Shown: in pieces, positions 1-11,661 of the stretch | How the letters are laid out: the number at the start of each line of letters is the position of its first letter | Numbering within the stretch: the first letter of the stretch is position 1 | Origin: Hormiphora californensis | Lineage: Eukaryota; Animalia; Ctenophora | Direction of reading: 5' to 3' | Assembly (NCBI GenBank): GCA_020137815.1 | Contig: CM035360.1 | Span: 8,007,556-8,071,555, forward strand | Length of the DNA stretch: 64,000 bases | Made by a program: the position numbers and the translations under genes | The notes under the pieces: model-generated | Database searches by the model: none | What the model saw: only the letters and a program-made list of their open reading frames with translations | Told to the model about the DNA's origin: nothing

Positions 1-56
1 GTAGATTCTTTTACCTAGCTGCCGAGCCTGCGAGGCATGCCAAGTGTAACTACTGA

Positions 57-324
57 GGGGAAACTCTAATTGAATGGGCGCGCAGTAATGGCGTCCCATC
101 AACCGTAAAAATCTCACTGGATGGAAGGAGTGATGGACAGAATTCTGCAGAACACGCGACAATGTCCGTGTGTTTGTCATTGTGCGCTACGTAAAGGCCT
201 TTTTTACGAGCAAAATGTGGCAAATCATGGCGCGCCCAGAGTGATGGCTTCCATTATCAGTTAGATTTTTACAGTTGATGGGCTGCCATTACTGCGCGTG
301 CATTCAGTTAGATAGAGTTTCCCC
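57..324. mobile_element. PIF/Harbinger (Tourist-like) MITE, diverged copy of family A
   Basis: GGGGAAACTCTA...TAGAGTTTCCCC TIR; TGA TSD; the empty site is visible in the family B copy at ~5495. Confidence 0.85.
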
Positions 325-1175
325 TGAGCGATCCTGCGAGCTCTGTAGTTGTACTTTTGGGCCGAGCCTGCGAGCTCTGTAGTTGTACTTTTGGGCCGAG
401 CCTGCGAGGCTTAAAAGTGAAAGAATCTTTAAGCTTATTGTTGTGTAATAGAGCATGTAAAAGCAGTCATCTAATTTTATTGGAGGGTTTTGTAAAATTT
501 CCCACGGTCATAACTCCACTCCCTGATGAGATAGAGACTTGACATGATCTCCTCACAAAACAAATTTCAAGTCTCTATCTTATCAGGGGGTGGAGCTATG
601 GCCGTCTAAAATACGGTCGCGCGCAGCAAGGGACATAGTAGTTTGGGGGGACCTTTAGTTGCAGAGGGGAAGAAAAGATAAGGCCATAAGGGTTAGGGCG
701 TGTGCAGTAGTGACGTAATGTTTACACTGTGTGTGTGACTAGAAAGTGTCTAATTTTTCATATACTACTGCAACGGTATTTTACTTTATAATTACTAGTG
801 TTTTGCAGTGGTCTAAGTTTTCATAGTCCACTGTAACCGGTGGTCTAAGTGTGTTAGACCACCAGAAACGGTGCATTATGAAAACTTAGATCACCGGTCA
901 AAATTGTCCAATAAATCTTGTATTACTTTGTACGTGAGTTATCCGAATAGATATCCGGGTTATCCGGACATTTATCCGAGCTGAGTTATCCGGACATTTA
1001 TCCGAATTATCGGCATATATATCCGAGTTATCCGGATAGATATCCGAGTTATCCGGAGTCGCATATCCGAGCTCGGTTATCTGGACATTTCGAAAACATC
1101 AATTATCTGGGCTATTCGGGTTATCAGTGTTCATAGTATAAATTATACAATATACATACCCCTATTAATTTTCAG

Positions 1176-1361
1176 GTAATTGCCGACCGTTTCAAGCAAT
1201 GCACTGTTATTACAGTTGCTCATCGGATCAATACGATTGTGGATAGTGATATGATACTTGGACTAGAAAATGGGAAGATAATGGAATACGACACACCTCA
1301 AAATTTACTTAGTAGCGAAAAGAGTATGTTTAAAAGACTGGTCAACATGAGTCTAGCTTAG
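1176..1361 (+). CDS. Terminal exon of an ABCC/MRP-type ABC transporter (C-terminal end of NBD2)
   Basis: ttttcag acceptor, then VIADRFKQCTVITVAHRINTIVDSDMILGLENGKIMEYDTPQNLLSSEKSMFKRLVNMSLA*. Contains the H-loop (TVAHR) and EYDTP motif typical of ABCC. Upstream exons are outside the window. Confidence 0.93.
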   Translation, partial: VIADRFKQCTVITVAHRINTIVDSDMILGLENGKIMEYDTPQNLLSSEKSMFKRLVNMSLA

Positions 1362-1487
1362 ATATCGCACAAATCTTGTACAAAGGAAAACGAAAGATTC
1401 CTTTCTGCATAAGTCTTATGTATTATTATATATATAATTCTTTTTAACTAATTCAGTAAATTAATATGTCGTGATTACTGGGGGAAA

Positions 1488-2207
1488 CAGTCGTGCCTGA
1501 ACCTCAGGTCAAGTGTGCGGCTATTCACCGAAATCTCAGTGACGGCCGTTTTTGTGTTTTACCTGAAATCTCATCAGTGATTTTACGAATTCTAAGTATA
1601 GGATTCAAGAAATCCTCTGAACCAATGAAATTGCAGAGTTTTTGAAAGAGCCAATCTCACACTACCTCTACCATCAGCAGCTTTGATGGAGGTAGCGTGC
1701 GATTGGTTCTTTCAAAACCCTACAATCTCATTGGCTTAGAGGACTAGTCTTAAATCCTATACTTCGGATTGAGAAAATATTGAATCCTCTAAACCAATCA
1801 AATTACAGGGTTTCGGAAAGAGCCAATGTGTAGCTCTGACATCTAGGTAGCGTGCAATTGGTTGTTTGAAAACCCTGCAATCTCATTGGCTAAGAAGATT
1901 TGCTGAATCCGATAGATCGGATTGAACAAATCCTCTAAGCCAATGAAATTTCAGGGTTTCAGAAAGGACCAATCAGGCGCGAGCAGCTTGCCTACCTGTG
2001 CGAGGGAGAAGATGGGATAATGACGTCATCACACTGAGATTTCAGACTTTAAGGTCTGAAATCTGAGGCGGAATCGTTATCTCAGGGATTTGAGGGTTCA
2101 AATTCGAAGCCTCATTTCCCAGAGCGCACGATGTTAGAGATTTCCGTCACTGAAATCTCAGATTTCAGTCGTAAACGGGCACTTGACCTGAGGTTCAGGC
2201 ACGACTG
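1488..2207. mobile_element. Non-autonomous TIR element
   Basis: 28-bp perfect TIR cagtcgtgcctgaacctcaggtcaagtg; internal inverted units; no TSD found. Confidence 0.75.
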
Positions 2208-2403
2208 TGACCCGTCCATTTGGATCACATGTCACACACATTCCTTTGGAGGCTGGTCGACCTCCAGATCGGATCAAGTTGGAGGATCTGATCATCCTCA
2301 TCCAAGGATCGGATCACGTTATTGGGATCAGATCCCCCACGTCACCCCATGGATCAGATCACATTATAGGGATCTGATCTCACACCACAACTGCCCCTGT
2401 CAC

Positions 2404-2438
<35 letters not shown>

Positions 2439-2509
2439 ACGGGGACAGTCACTGAAGTTTTCTCTAGATTTGTGATCGGTACGTTCGCCTCAGTTTCTAG
2501 GGGGGGGTG

Positions 2510-3610
2510 ACACGTAACACTTTGTAACACTTTGTAACATGTAACGCGCGCACAAAGTTTTCTGCACATGTTACAAAGTGTTACATAGTGTTACAAAGTG
2601 TTACATAGTGTTACAAAGTGTTACAAAGTGTTACATAGTGTTACATAGTGTTACAAAGTGTTACATAGTGTTACATAGTGTTACAAAGTGTTACATAGTG
2701 TTACAAAGTGTTACAAAGTGTTACATAGTGTTACATAGTGTTACATAGTGTTACAAAGTGTTACATAGTGTTACAAAGTGTCACAAAGTGTTACATAGTG
2801 TCACAAAGTGTTACAAATTGTTACAAAGTGTTACAAATTGTTACAAAATATTTACAAAATATATAAGACGGTTGGTGAATAAGTAATTTGAACGACTTTG
2901 GTGTCTTTCTAGAACACATCTAAAAGTTTTAAATCATTTCTAGGGTTAAAACATACACTTTTTTACTAATTTGCGGATATTTTGAGCCTCCGATGTCATC
3001 GACTGTGGAAATCAGGGCTGAAATAGTCCATTTGGTAAAGAAAAATATGAACTTTAGACAACGGTAAAGTTTTTAGAGTGATATTAAAAGTATTGTGCCT
3101 CTCAGAGGCCCCCAATGTGCTGAGTCACCTGTGAGTTGTGACTCAATCGACTTTTTTTCATTGGTAATCGATTCTTTGTACTTAATAAGATGATATACAA
3201 CGTTTCTGTTGGAAAAAGAAATAAAATTTTTCCAAAATCAATTTTTTGGTCAAAGATTGAAAATTTGCTTCGCTACAAATCCTTGTGTGTTTGTAAATAT
3301 TTTGTAACAATTTGTAACACTTTGTAACAATTTGTAACACTTTGTGACACTATGTAACACTTTGTGACACTTTGTAACACTATGTAACACTTTGTAACAC
3401 TATGTAACACTTTGTAACACTATGTAACACTATGTAACACTTTGTAACACTATGTAACACTTTGTAACACTATGTAACACTTTGTAACACTATGTAACAC
3501 TTTGTAACACTTTGTAACACTATGTAACACTTTGTAACACTATGTAACACTATGTAACACTTTGTAACATGTAACGTGCACAAAAAGTTTTCTGCACATG
3601 TTACAAAGTA
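2510..3610. repeat. Foldback-like element made of opposed 10-bp tandem arrays (gttacaWagt)n / (actWtgtaac)n around a ~430-bp spacer
   Basis: Arrays at ~2569-2860 and ~3290-3570 in inverted orientation; the same core is repeated at both outer ends. Confidence 0.8.
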
Positions 3611-4006
3611 TCCTTAAATCGATAGTACCGCGTGGGCCAATAAAAAGGGAGGGTCTAAAATCTTAGATTTCTCCGGCACCTTAATTCCAATGGTTCTTAA
3701 ATTTTGACACAATGTTGTTGAGCTTATGCCAGATATGTGTACAGAGTTTCTAGTCCAAAACTGCAGAAACTCATTAATGAACCTAAATTCCTGTTTTTAA
3801 GCCAATGCAGGTGTTCTCTATTCCATGTATTTTCGTTTTCCAGGAACCTCTTTGCACGCTAGACCTATTGCAATCTTGCTAACAAGATTTTGTCACACCC
3901 TGGTTACGTTTCTTGTTGCTTGCATGGAGGTCACATGACAATTAAAGAGAAACAACGATTTTGCAGTACTAATATTCAATTAAGAACAGTCACATGACGC
4001 TTGGGG

Positions 4007-4453
4007 GGGGGGAGTCACACTGAAGTTGAGTGCGCTCGTTCAAATCTCAACCTCGCGACACACACTGAATTTCGAAGTTTCGCGAAAACCAATTTTCGGC
4101 TGAGAAATCATTTGTAAGATGCTAACTTACTTACCGGTACATTTCTCGAGGTGTCCTTTATCCATACCGAGTCAATTTCACCGTTTTTGAAATTTTTGGC
4201 TAATCCGGTCACAGTTGTCCCAATTCACCAAAAATTTTAAAAACGGTGAAATTGACTCGGTATGGACAAAGGACACCTCGAGAGATGCAATGTACCAGTA
4301 AATAAGTTAGCACCTTACAAATGATTTCTCAGCCGAAAATGGGGTTTCGCGAAACTTCGAACTTTTCCGCGAAACTTCAAACCGCGAAACTTCAGTGTGT
4401 TTCACGCGGTTGAGAGTTGAACGCGTGCGACCAACCTCAGTGTGTCTCCCCCC
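4007..4453. mobile_element. Palindromic MITE with G-run/C-run termini; a partial copy at 15731-15830
   Basis: ~190-bp imperfect inverted arms. Confidence 0.75.
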
Positions 4454-4718
4454 TTGTTGTTACCAATCAGTATAACATTAAGCATTAGCAAGCTTCCATT
4501 AGCAAGTTTTCGATTTACTAATGTCTCAACTAACGGTTTGTCAATGAACTATCTTTTTTTTTTAATTTAACAGTTTTTCATACCAGAGGCGGAAAACAGC
4601 CGTACTGAAATGAACTCCAGTACGCCGACTACTTACTGAAGGAAAACTGATTCAGTTATTTTTAGTGAACAGCCGTACTATACTCGAAACTCGCGCGAAA
4701 AAACAGTCTAACCTGGCA

Positions 4719-4938
4719 ACCACAGTGATGGTTCTTTCTCTGTATTCTCTCTGTGTGCGCGCCCGTGCCCGGGCATGCCCTATAGTTCTTTCTCTGTATT
4801 CTCTCTGTAGGCAGTACATAGATGTACTGCCTACAGAGAGAATACAGAGAAAGAACCATCACTGTGGTCCATTATCAGTTAGAGTTTTACTGTTGATGGG
4901 ATCCCATTAATGGGATGCCATTCAGTTAGAGTTTCCCC
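4719..4938. mobile_element. MITE family A, left-truncated
   Basis: Same internal sequence and right TIR (gagtttcccc|taa) as the other copies. Confidence 0.85.
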
Positions 4939-4939
4939 T

Positions 4940-5178
4940 AACAAAGTTACTGGCTGGGGTGAGATTATCAGTTCAACTGGTATAGTTTCACTGCAAGAGC
5001 TCGGTGGCATAATTGAGTCCGGCAAGCTGTCTCTGTCTCTCTCCCCGTACTTGGGGAGAGAGCCGGTGTGATTTGACCGTAATCACTGGACCATCAGCCA
5101 ACCAGGTCCACGACAACGGGACTGAGCTTGAAGAGCTCAGCTGGCACGAAGAACTCATTTCTGAGTTCCCCCCCGCTG
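4940..5178. repeat. Dispersed repeat of unknown class; second copy at 37001-37240
   Basis: Near-identical ~240-bp sequence at two places. Confidence 0.75.
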
Positions 5179-5339
5179 GGGCGTAGTGGGCGTAGTGCAG
5201 AAACTCTCGGAATCCAGATTATAGGTTTGAGTTCAGTGCCAATTTTGACCCACTTCCTGTTGACAAACAAACTTCTCGGGTATTTTCCAGTATATTATCT
5301 ATTACATACCAGTATATTATTATATTATATATTATTATT

Positions 5340-5678
5340 ATATGATTAGATGACTGGTTAAAATGGTCTATTACTTTTTAGTGCACGAGGCCGAAGGCCG
5401 AGTGCTCTAAATACAACAATAATGAACCGAGACCGACAGGTCGAGGTAGATCCTTTTACTTAGCTGCCGAGCCTGCGAGGCACGCTAAGTGTAACTACTG
5501 AGCGAGCCTGCGAGCTCTGTAGTTGTACTTTTGGGCCGAGCCTGCGAGGCCTAAAAGTGAAAGAATCTTTAACAGTATTGTTGTGTAATAGAGCATGTAA
5601 AAGCAGTCATCTAATTTTATTAGATGATTTTGGAAACAAACTGAGTGAACGAGATAAAGATTGAGCGAGTGAGTGAGT

Positions 5679-5743
<65 letters not shown>

Positions 5744-6328
5744 AGAGAAAGAGAAAGAGAAAGAGAAAGAGAAAGAGAAAGAGAAAGAGAAAGAGAAAGA
5801 GAAAGAGAAAGAGAAAGAGAAAGAGAAAGAGAAAGAGAAAGAGAAAGAGAAAGAGAAAGAGAAAGAGAAAGAGAAAGAGAAAGAGAGAAAGAGAATGTGT
5901 GTGAGAGAGATAGGGAAAGAGAGAATCGAAGGCAGAGAGGGAAAGCAGATGCAGGCCGCTCATTGGGGTGGTGCCATCACGTGACGATCACGTGACCTAT
6001 AGTTGCAGAGGGGAAGAAAAGATCAAGGATAAGGGTTAGGGCGTGTGTGACGATCACATGACCTAGAAGAGTTGCAACATGTCGCAGAGGGAAAGAAAAG
6101 ATAAGCGTGTGCTGTTGCGTGTGCAGTAGTTAGGGCGTGTGTAGTGACGTAATGTTCACACTGTGTGCGTGTGACTAGAAAGTGTTTAATTTTTCACATA
6201 CCACTGCAGCGGTATTTTACTTTATAATTACTAGTGTTTTTGCAGTGGTCTAAAATTTCACAGTACACTTTAACCACCGGAAACGGTGTATTGTGAAAAC
6301 TTAGATAACCGGTTAAAATTGTCTAATA
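5340..6328. mobile_element. Family B repeat with hairpin-forming ends, possibly Crypton-like non-autonomous; other copies at 1-910 and 39631-39860
   Basis: Left end enclosed by attagatgactg...cagtcatctaat; several gccgagcctgcgaggc and ggccgaaggcc hairpins; a separate inverted repeat at the right end; no TSD. The superfamily is an inference. Confidence 0.6.
5677..5890. repeat. (GA)n/(GAGAAA)n microsatellite
   Basis: Directly visible. Confidence 0.97.
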
Positions 6329-6526
6329 TATTATATATTATTATATTATATACCAGTATATTATCTATTATATACCAGTATATTATCTATTATCAATTTT
6401 TCCAGTATACATATTAGGATCATTTGTAGTCTTTTGCGACAAACCGGATGCAAATCGGTCCAGTGGATCGCGTGCAACATCCCTTGAAAGAAACGACCCT
6501 TTTTGAGGCGGAGCAGATACCTGTGT

Positions 6527-7816
6527 TGTTGTTGTTGTATGCGCCTCCGCTTCCAATCCTCTACTTGTGATATTATCCCGTCAGGTAGCCAGTTCCTCAC
6601 GCCCGAGAAGGACGGAGCTCAGGTTCCAGAGTTTCCTCTTTCCCCCGGGAGAGTTTTCTTCCTCCGTCTTATGTCCATGGTTTTGGAGATAAGGGTGGAA
6701 TCGTCTCCCATAACTATCTTAACAGGTCCCATGAAGAGGACCGCACCAGCACTGTTTTCACATTGTGCCAGTCTCGGATATCTCCAGCGACCCTTGGTGA
6801 GTGGCATCTCAGCATTGATCGCTCTAGATGTGGCCTTGGCTAGGACAATTCGGACGCTCCATTGACTATGGCACCTTTGTAGATTTTGCGCTGCCAACCT
6901 CTGATTTGTAATCAGTACTCCATGTGGGTTCATGGAACATCACTTTTTGTTCGTGATGCAGATGCAGCGTCCGGCCGTTCATGGGGTAGTTAGGGCAGGT
7001 TCCTTCCCAATTAACGGAACTCTGGCGTGTGAAATGTTTAGTGGGTTAGGTATCTATGTGCGTCACTCATAGAAATTTGTTTTGTAGCATGGGATAGTGG
7101 TTTGTTCTGTTTGTTGATCAGGTTTTTGTGGAGGCTTGTTTGTTGGTAGAGAATGATGATGTTGGTTTGTTACCTTCATCGTTTGGGGGGTAATCGCCAT
7201 TTGGGAATCTCCTACGCTTCTCATGGACTTTTGAAGAAGCGTAGGTAGTAGCGAGGCTACTGGTTTGTGTAGTTTCTCCCTGTTGGGCTACGGAAACACC
7301 CCTTGAGTTTATCTCGACCTCGGCGTGGGAATTTTGCCGAGAGTCGGTGGTAGCTAACCAGTTATGACCTAGCTTGTTAGACCTTTTATACCTGTCCAGA
7401 GGCTAGGTGGACAGAAGGTAGAGGAAGGCCAGTTGAGATTAGACCTCCTCCAGCCTGGACTTTTGCTGGAGGACGGGTTTTGGCCGGTATTTAGCCATCT
7501 ACTTTGGCCCAGTGCACAAGGCTGGGGAGATGGTGTAATACCGGCCGGGGGGTATCTCTATTCAGAGAGAGATGAGTCATGAGCGGATTAGAGAAAGGAA
7601 GAGAGAAAAACACACCACCCAAGGAGGGCAGCTCTGTTTCCTTGGAGTGGTATGTGAGATGCTCCAGGCAGTTCAAGAGCTTCATGGTTTACCCCGGGGT
7701 ATGCCGGGTCACCCCTGAAGATTCCCTGCCTGGTCTGTAGGACACTATTGCTATCTAAAAAAATAGACATTAGCCGCGGCCTGCATCTCAAGGGCGTGGG
7801 AAGGAATCTCACCCTC
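6527..7816 (-). mobile_element. 5'-truncated, degenerate LINE (I/Nimb-like) with (AAC)n tail
   Basis: 13-bp TSD cagatacctgtgt (6514-6526 and 7817-7829); (AAC)n 3' tail; RNase H-like IFLDSNSVLQ remnant. Confidence 0.72.
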
Positions 7817-8331
7817 CAGATACCTGTGTGTGAGCTCAATCTTGGTCGCGCACGGTGTCTATGTCACCAAAGAGCATGTGAGGGTAACTATGGTTAACTA
7901 ACCCGGGTACTTTTTGTAAGTTGTAAGAGAAATTGTGAGACTGAGAGAACATAGCTTGGGCAAGTCGCGCCCTCTTTTTTCGCGAAACCCTCACCCTGCG
8001 GAGGGGCAAGAACATAGCCTGATCATAGAGTTACCAATTCCCATTGATGACTTGAAGAATGAAGACATTTGGGGGATTGAGGAAGGCTGGGCTGGCTCAA
8101 ATGATATCTGGTGTAGCCCGGGTATCCCTCTGCTTGAAGGAGGTTTGACATAATTAACATGTAACCAATGAATGATGAAGATATAACGTATTATTAATAT
8201 AGAAAGGGGGCATGGATACTGTACTGCCCCTTAGACATAGAGTCTGGGACTTTATCTAAACAGTCTACACAGGGCTGAATCTTTATCTACACTTTTTCAA
8301 AGTATAACTGTTATACATAGAATATAAAGAG

Positions 8332-8408
8332 TTGGTGACATATAAAAAAAGACACCTGGCGCGACCCCCGCTCAAGATCTTGGTCGCGCACGGTATCTAT
8401 GTCACCAA
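8332..8408. mobile_element. 77-bp mini-MITE, TTGGTGACATA...TATGTCACCAA
   Basis: TIRs; flanks tataaagag / gataaagag. Confidence 0.8.
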
Positions 8409-8711
8409 GATAAAGAGCACACTTTTAGATTTAGAGTCCGTCTTGGGTTTAGATATTATGAGTCTGATATCACTAGAGTCAGCCCACCGATTCGCACACT
8501 ATTTCTGTGCAGCCACCATTCTCTTAGTGGTTAATAAGGCGTTAATTTTAGTGCAACCCTATTTTAAGCGCAAAAACGATCACTGACCCTTCAATCTTCA
8601 TGAACGTTTTGAAACATTTTTCCGGCTTACCCAGTATAGTATTCTTTTAGTTCAAATTAAAAGTAGGTATAAAGAAACAATCTGGCCTGTCTTTGTTTTA
8701 TACGAATTGTA

Positions 8712-8888
8712 TCAAAATCCGAGAAGAGAAGGCAGTTTTATTTCTCCTGGAGTTGGTAGTCTTGCAGATTCCCGCCCTGATAAGTTAGCGTTCTTGATCT
8801 TATCATTTTTGGACCGAATTTTATCTCTCATGTTTTCCAAATGTTGTCGGCGGGCTGTTATAGCTTTTGTCATCGCTGCATCTTGTGC
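8712..8888 (-). CDS. STMND1-like gene, terminal exon 6
   Basis: ttctttcag acceptor, phase 0; AQDAAMTKAITARRQHLENMRDKIRSKNDKIK...LLGF* resembles the second tubulin-binding repeat of stathmins. Confidence 0.83.
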   Translation of the reverse strand, partial: AQDAAMTKAITARRQHLENMRDKIRSKNDKIKNANLSGRESARLPTPGEIKLPSLLGF

Positions 8889-9666
8889 CTGAAAGAACAA
8901 AAATTAATGTGATGACCACTTTTGTGAAAGCTCCGTTCAGGGTGTAACGTCAAACCCAAACCCTCGTTAGGTTTTAAAAAAATTTAAAATCTTCCACTTT
9001 TCTTCGACACGATTTCCTTACAAAACACATTTTAAAGTGAGAGTGGACAGAATCAGAATTGGACAAGTTTGTCACCAAGGGGAACTCCTGTTTAGTCAGT
9101 ATGTATAAATGAGGTATAAACGCTTGCCAGTGGATAACTTTCTCCCAGCGCGCCGCTGGGAGAAGGTAGCTGTAGTTTATCCGCCGCTAGCGGATATAAC
9201 AGGATAGAACCAATCGTCGTGTTTTACTAACACATTCTGAATATAAGCAGTGAGGTTGACATGTCCATGCACAGCTGTGCACAGAAGCAGAGCAATGCAA
9301 GTTAACGTATAAACAAGAATAATTGCGGTATTCGGGGCCTGGCAAGAATATAAACCAAACTCAACCCATCCCCCCTAAAACAACGGGGCCGAGCCGACAG
9401 GCCCTTAATATCAGATGAAAAAAACCAATAAACCATAAACCGTAACCATAAAACCATTCGGGGCCTGGCCCGAATATAAACCAAACTCAACCCATTCCCC
9501 CTAAAACACCCCCCCCCCCTAAATCTAAAACAACGGGGCCGAGCCGACAGGCCCTTAATACCAAATGAAAAAAAAACCATAAGACCAGAGAGACATGCTC
9601 GGAGCTATAAACCACTAAGCTACCAAACCCTATGTACTGATCGTGTTTTACTAACACATTCTGAAT

Positions 9667-9732
9667 TTGTTATGTTCTAACCCTCCTTTACATTTCGCGG
9701 GCGGGCGCGTGAAACACAGTCTAGCTAGGCAA
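9667..9732. mobile_element. 66-bp element, family G (TTGTTATG...TAGGCAA)
   Basis: 8-bp TSD ttctgaat; empty site in the duplicated unit at ~9235. Confidence 0.85.
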
Positions 9733-10476
9733 TTCTGAATATAAGCAGTGAGGTTGACATGTCCATGCACAGCTGTGCACAGAAGCAGAGCAATGCAAGT
9801 TAACGTATAAACAAGAATAATTGCGGTATTCGGGGCCTGGCAAGAATATAAACCAAACTCAACCCATCCCCCCTAAAACAACGGGGCCGAGCCGACAGGC
9901 CCTTAATACCAGATGAAACAAAAACCATAAACCATAAAACCATCGGGGCCTGGCCCGACCCGAATATAAACCAAACTCAACCCATTCCCCCTAAAACATC
10001 CCCCTAAATCTAAAACAACGGGGCCGAGCCGACAGGCCTTAAAAAAAACCATAAACCATAACCATAAAACCATCGGGGCCTGGCAAGGCCCCCCGACCCG
10101 AATATAAACCAAACTCAACCCATTCCCCCTAAAACATCCCCCCTAAAACTAAAACAACGGGGCCGAGCCGACAGGCCCTTAATACCAAATGAAAAAAAAA
10201 AACATAAGACCAGAGAGACATGCTCGGAGCTATAAACCACTAAGCTACCAAACCCTATGTACTGATCGCATTTCATCGCTCTATAATATTCAAGCTCCTG
10301 CCCTTAACTAGACACCATGTGATAAAGGGAAGTAATTTTGATATCTCCTTCTGGTGATCAACACACACACACGCCCTCTGTATAACAGTTTAATGGGGAA
10401 TCTCATACATACACGGGCAGAACTCGGTTAAGGAGAGAGTATTCTGAATAATGAGTTCAGAGCAAGAATTAAATAG

Positions 10477-10552
10477 GGTTTGGTAGCTTAGTGGTTTATA
10501 GCTCCGAGCATGTCTCTCTGGAGGTCCCTGGTTCAATTCCCGGTCAAACCCA
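10477..10552 (+). pseudogene. tRNA-derived (tRNA-like) sequence inside a hairpin element; partial reverse copies at 9585-9633 and 10210-10257
   Basis: GGTTTGG/TCAAACC acceptor stem; A box TAGCTTAGTGG; B box GGTTCAATTCC; downstream T run. The anticodon loop CATGTCT is non-canonical. Confidence 0.7.
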
Positions 10553-11661
10553 GTATTTTTCGATTTTCTTCCCTATTTAATTCTTGCTCTGGACTCATTA
10601 TTCAGAATGCTAATTAATCTCTCCTTAACCGAGTTCTGCCCGTGTATGTGTGAGAAGTTTGTTCGAGGTTGTAGAGATTAGTTCTATGAGCAATGCTAAG
10701 TTGAAAATTTTTGAATACACAATTTTAAAGTGTTGCACGTGTATTGGAATGTTCTAGGGACTAATTTCCGTGTTTTGAAATTTTAAAATTTCAAAATTTT
10801 TTTCCGATTTTTTTCCCAATTTTTCACCGAAAACAAGGGTCACAAAAGTGGCTTGCGACTCGAAGCGGCTCAACCGTTTGGGCTGAAACTTCAAATATCA
10901 GTAGAAAATTACCCACTGAATACCAGACGTATTGTTCGAAAGCGATATTTTGAGTATACAGCAAAGTATACAAAATATAGTGCTCCATTGACTTCATTAA
11001 CCCTTAAATTCTCATTATTTACGCAAAAACGCGGGTTATGAAAGTCGCTTGCGACTCGAAGCGGCTCAACCGTTTGGGCTGAAACTTCGGAAATCAGTAG
11101 AAAATTACTCACTGAATACCAGACATATTGTTCGAAAGCGATATTTTTCAACTTAGCAACCCCTAATGAGCATTTTGCCTTTTTGCCGCTCAAAATCGAC
11201 CCATCCATCACTGAGATATTTTTGTTACTCTCGGGGAATTCCTTTTTAATCAGTATGTTTCTATTCTGTTTGTTATTGCAATCGTCGTGTTTTACTAACA
11301 AATTCTGAATATAAGCAGTGAGGTTGTCATGTCCATGCACAGAAGCAGAGCAATGCAATTCATAATATTGAAAATTTATAAAAAATTTTAGTAAAACACA
11401 AGGATTGTTTCTATCCTGTTTGATAAATATTGATCCAGCAGGAATTCCCCGAGAGTAACAAAAATATCTCAGTTATAGATGGGTCGATTTTAAGCGGCAA
11501 AAAGGCAAAATGCTCGTAGAACTAATCTCTACGTCCTCCAACAAACTTGTCCAATTCTGATTCTGTCCACTCTCACTTTAAACTGTTGTACAGAGGGCGT
11601 GTGTGTGTGTTGATCACCAGAAGGAGATATCAAAATTACTTCCCTAATTAAAATGTAATTA

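Larger units (their letters stand above)
5178..7870. mobile_element. Family C repeat split by two nested insertions (pieces 5178-5295, 6397-6526, 7817-7870); related copies at 51640-51892 and 52045-52237
   Basis: The pieces are collinear with the uninterrupted reverse copy at 51640-51892. Confidence 0.75.
9036..11577. mobile_element. Composite of Kolobok-like non-autonomous elements with nested repeats
   Basis: ttaa|AGTGAGAGTGGACAGAATCAGAATTGGACAAGTTTG and its reverse complement followed by |ttaa. TTAA target plus RR termini fit Kolobok. Probably two copies. Confidence 0.72.

Noticed and set aside
5607-5984. ORFs rich in ER/EK/LS (also 29241-29865, 32969-33289, 34422-34704)
   Set aside because: They are translations of GA/CT microsatellites.
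10477-10552. Functional tRNA-Thr(TGT) gene
   Set aside because: It lacks U33 and purine 37, has mismatches in the anticodon and T stems, and sits within a repeat; kept only as tRNA-like.
10326-11646. 68-bp inverted duplication of a Kolobok flank as an aberrant transposition product
   Set aside because: More simply explained as a palindromic element with a central TTAA into which the Kolobok-like copy inserted.
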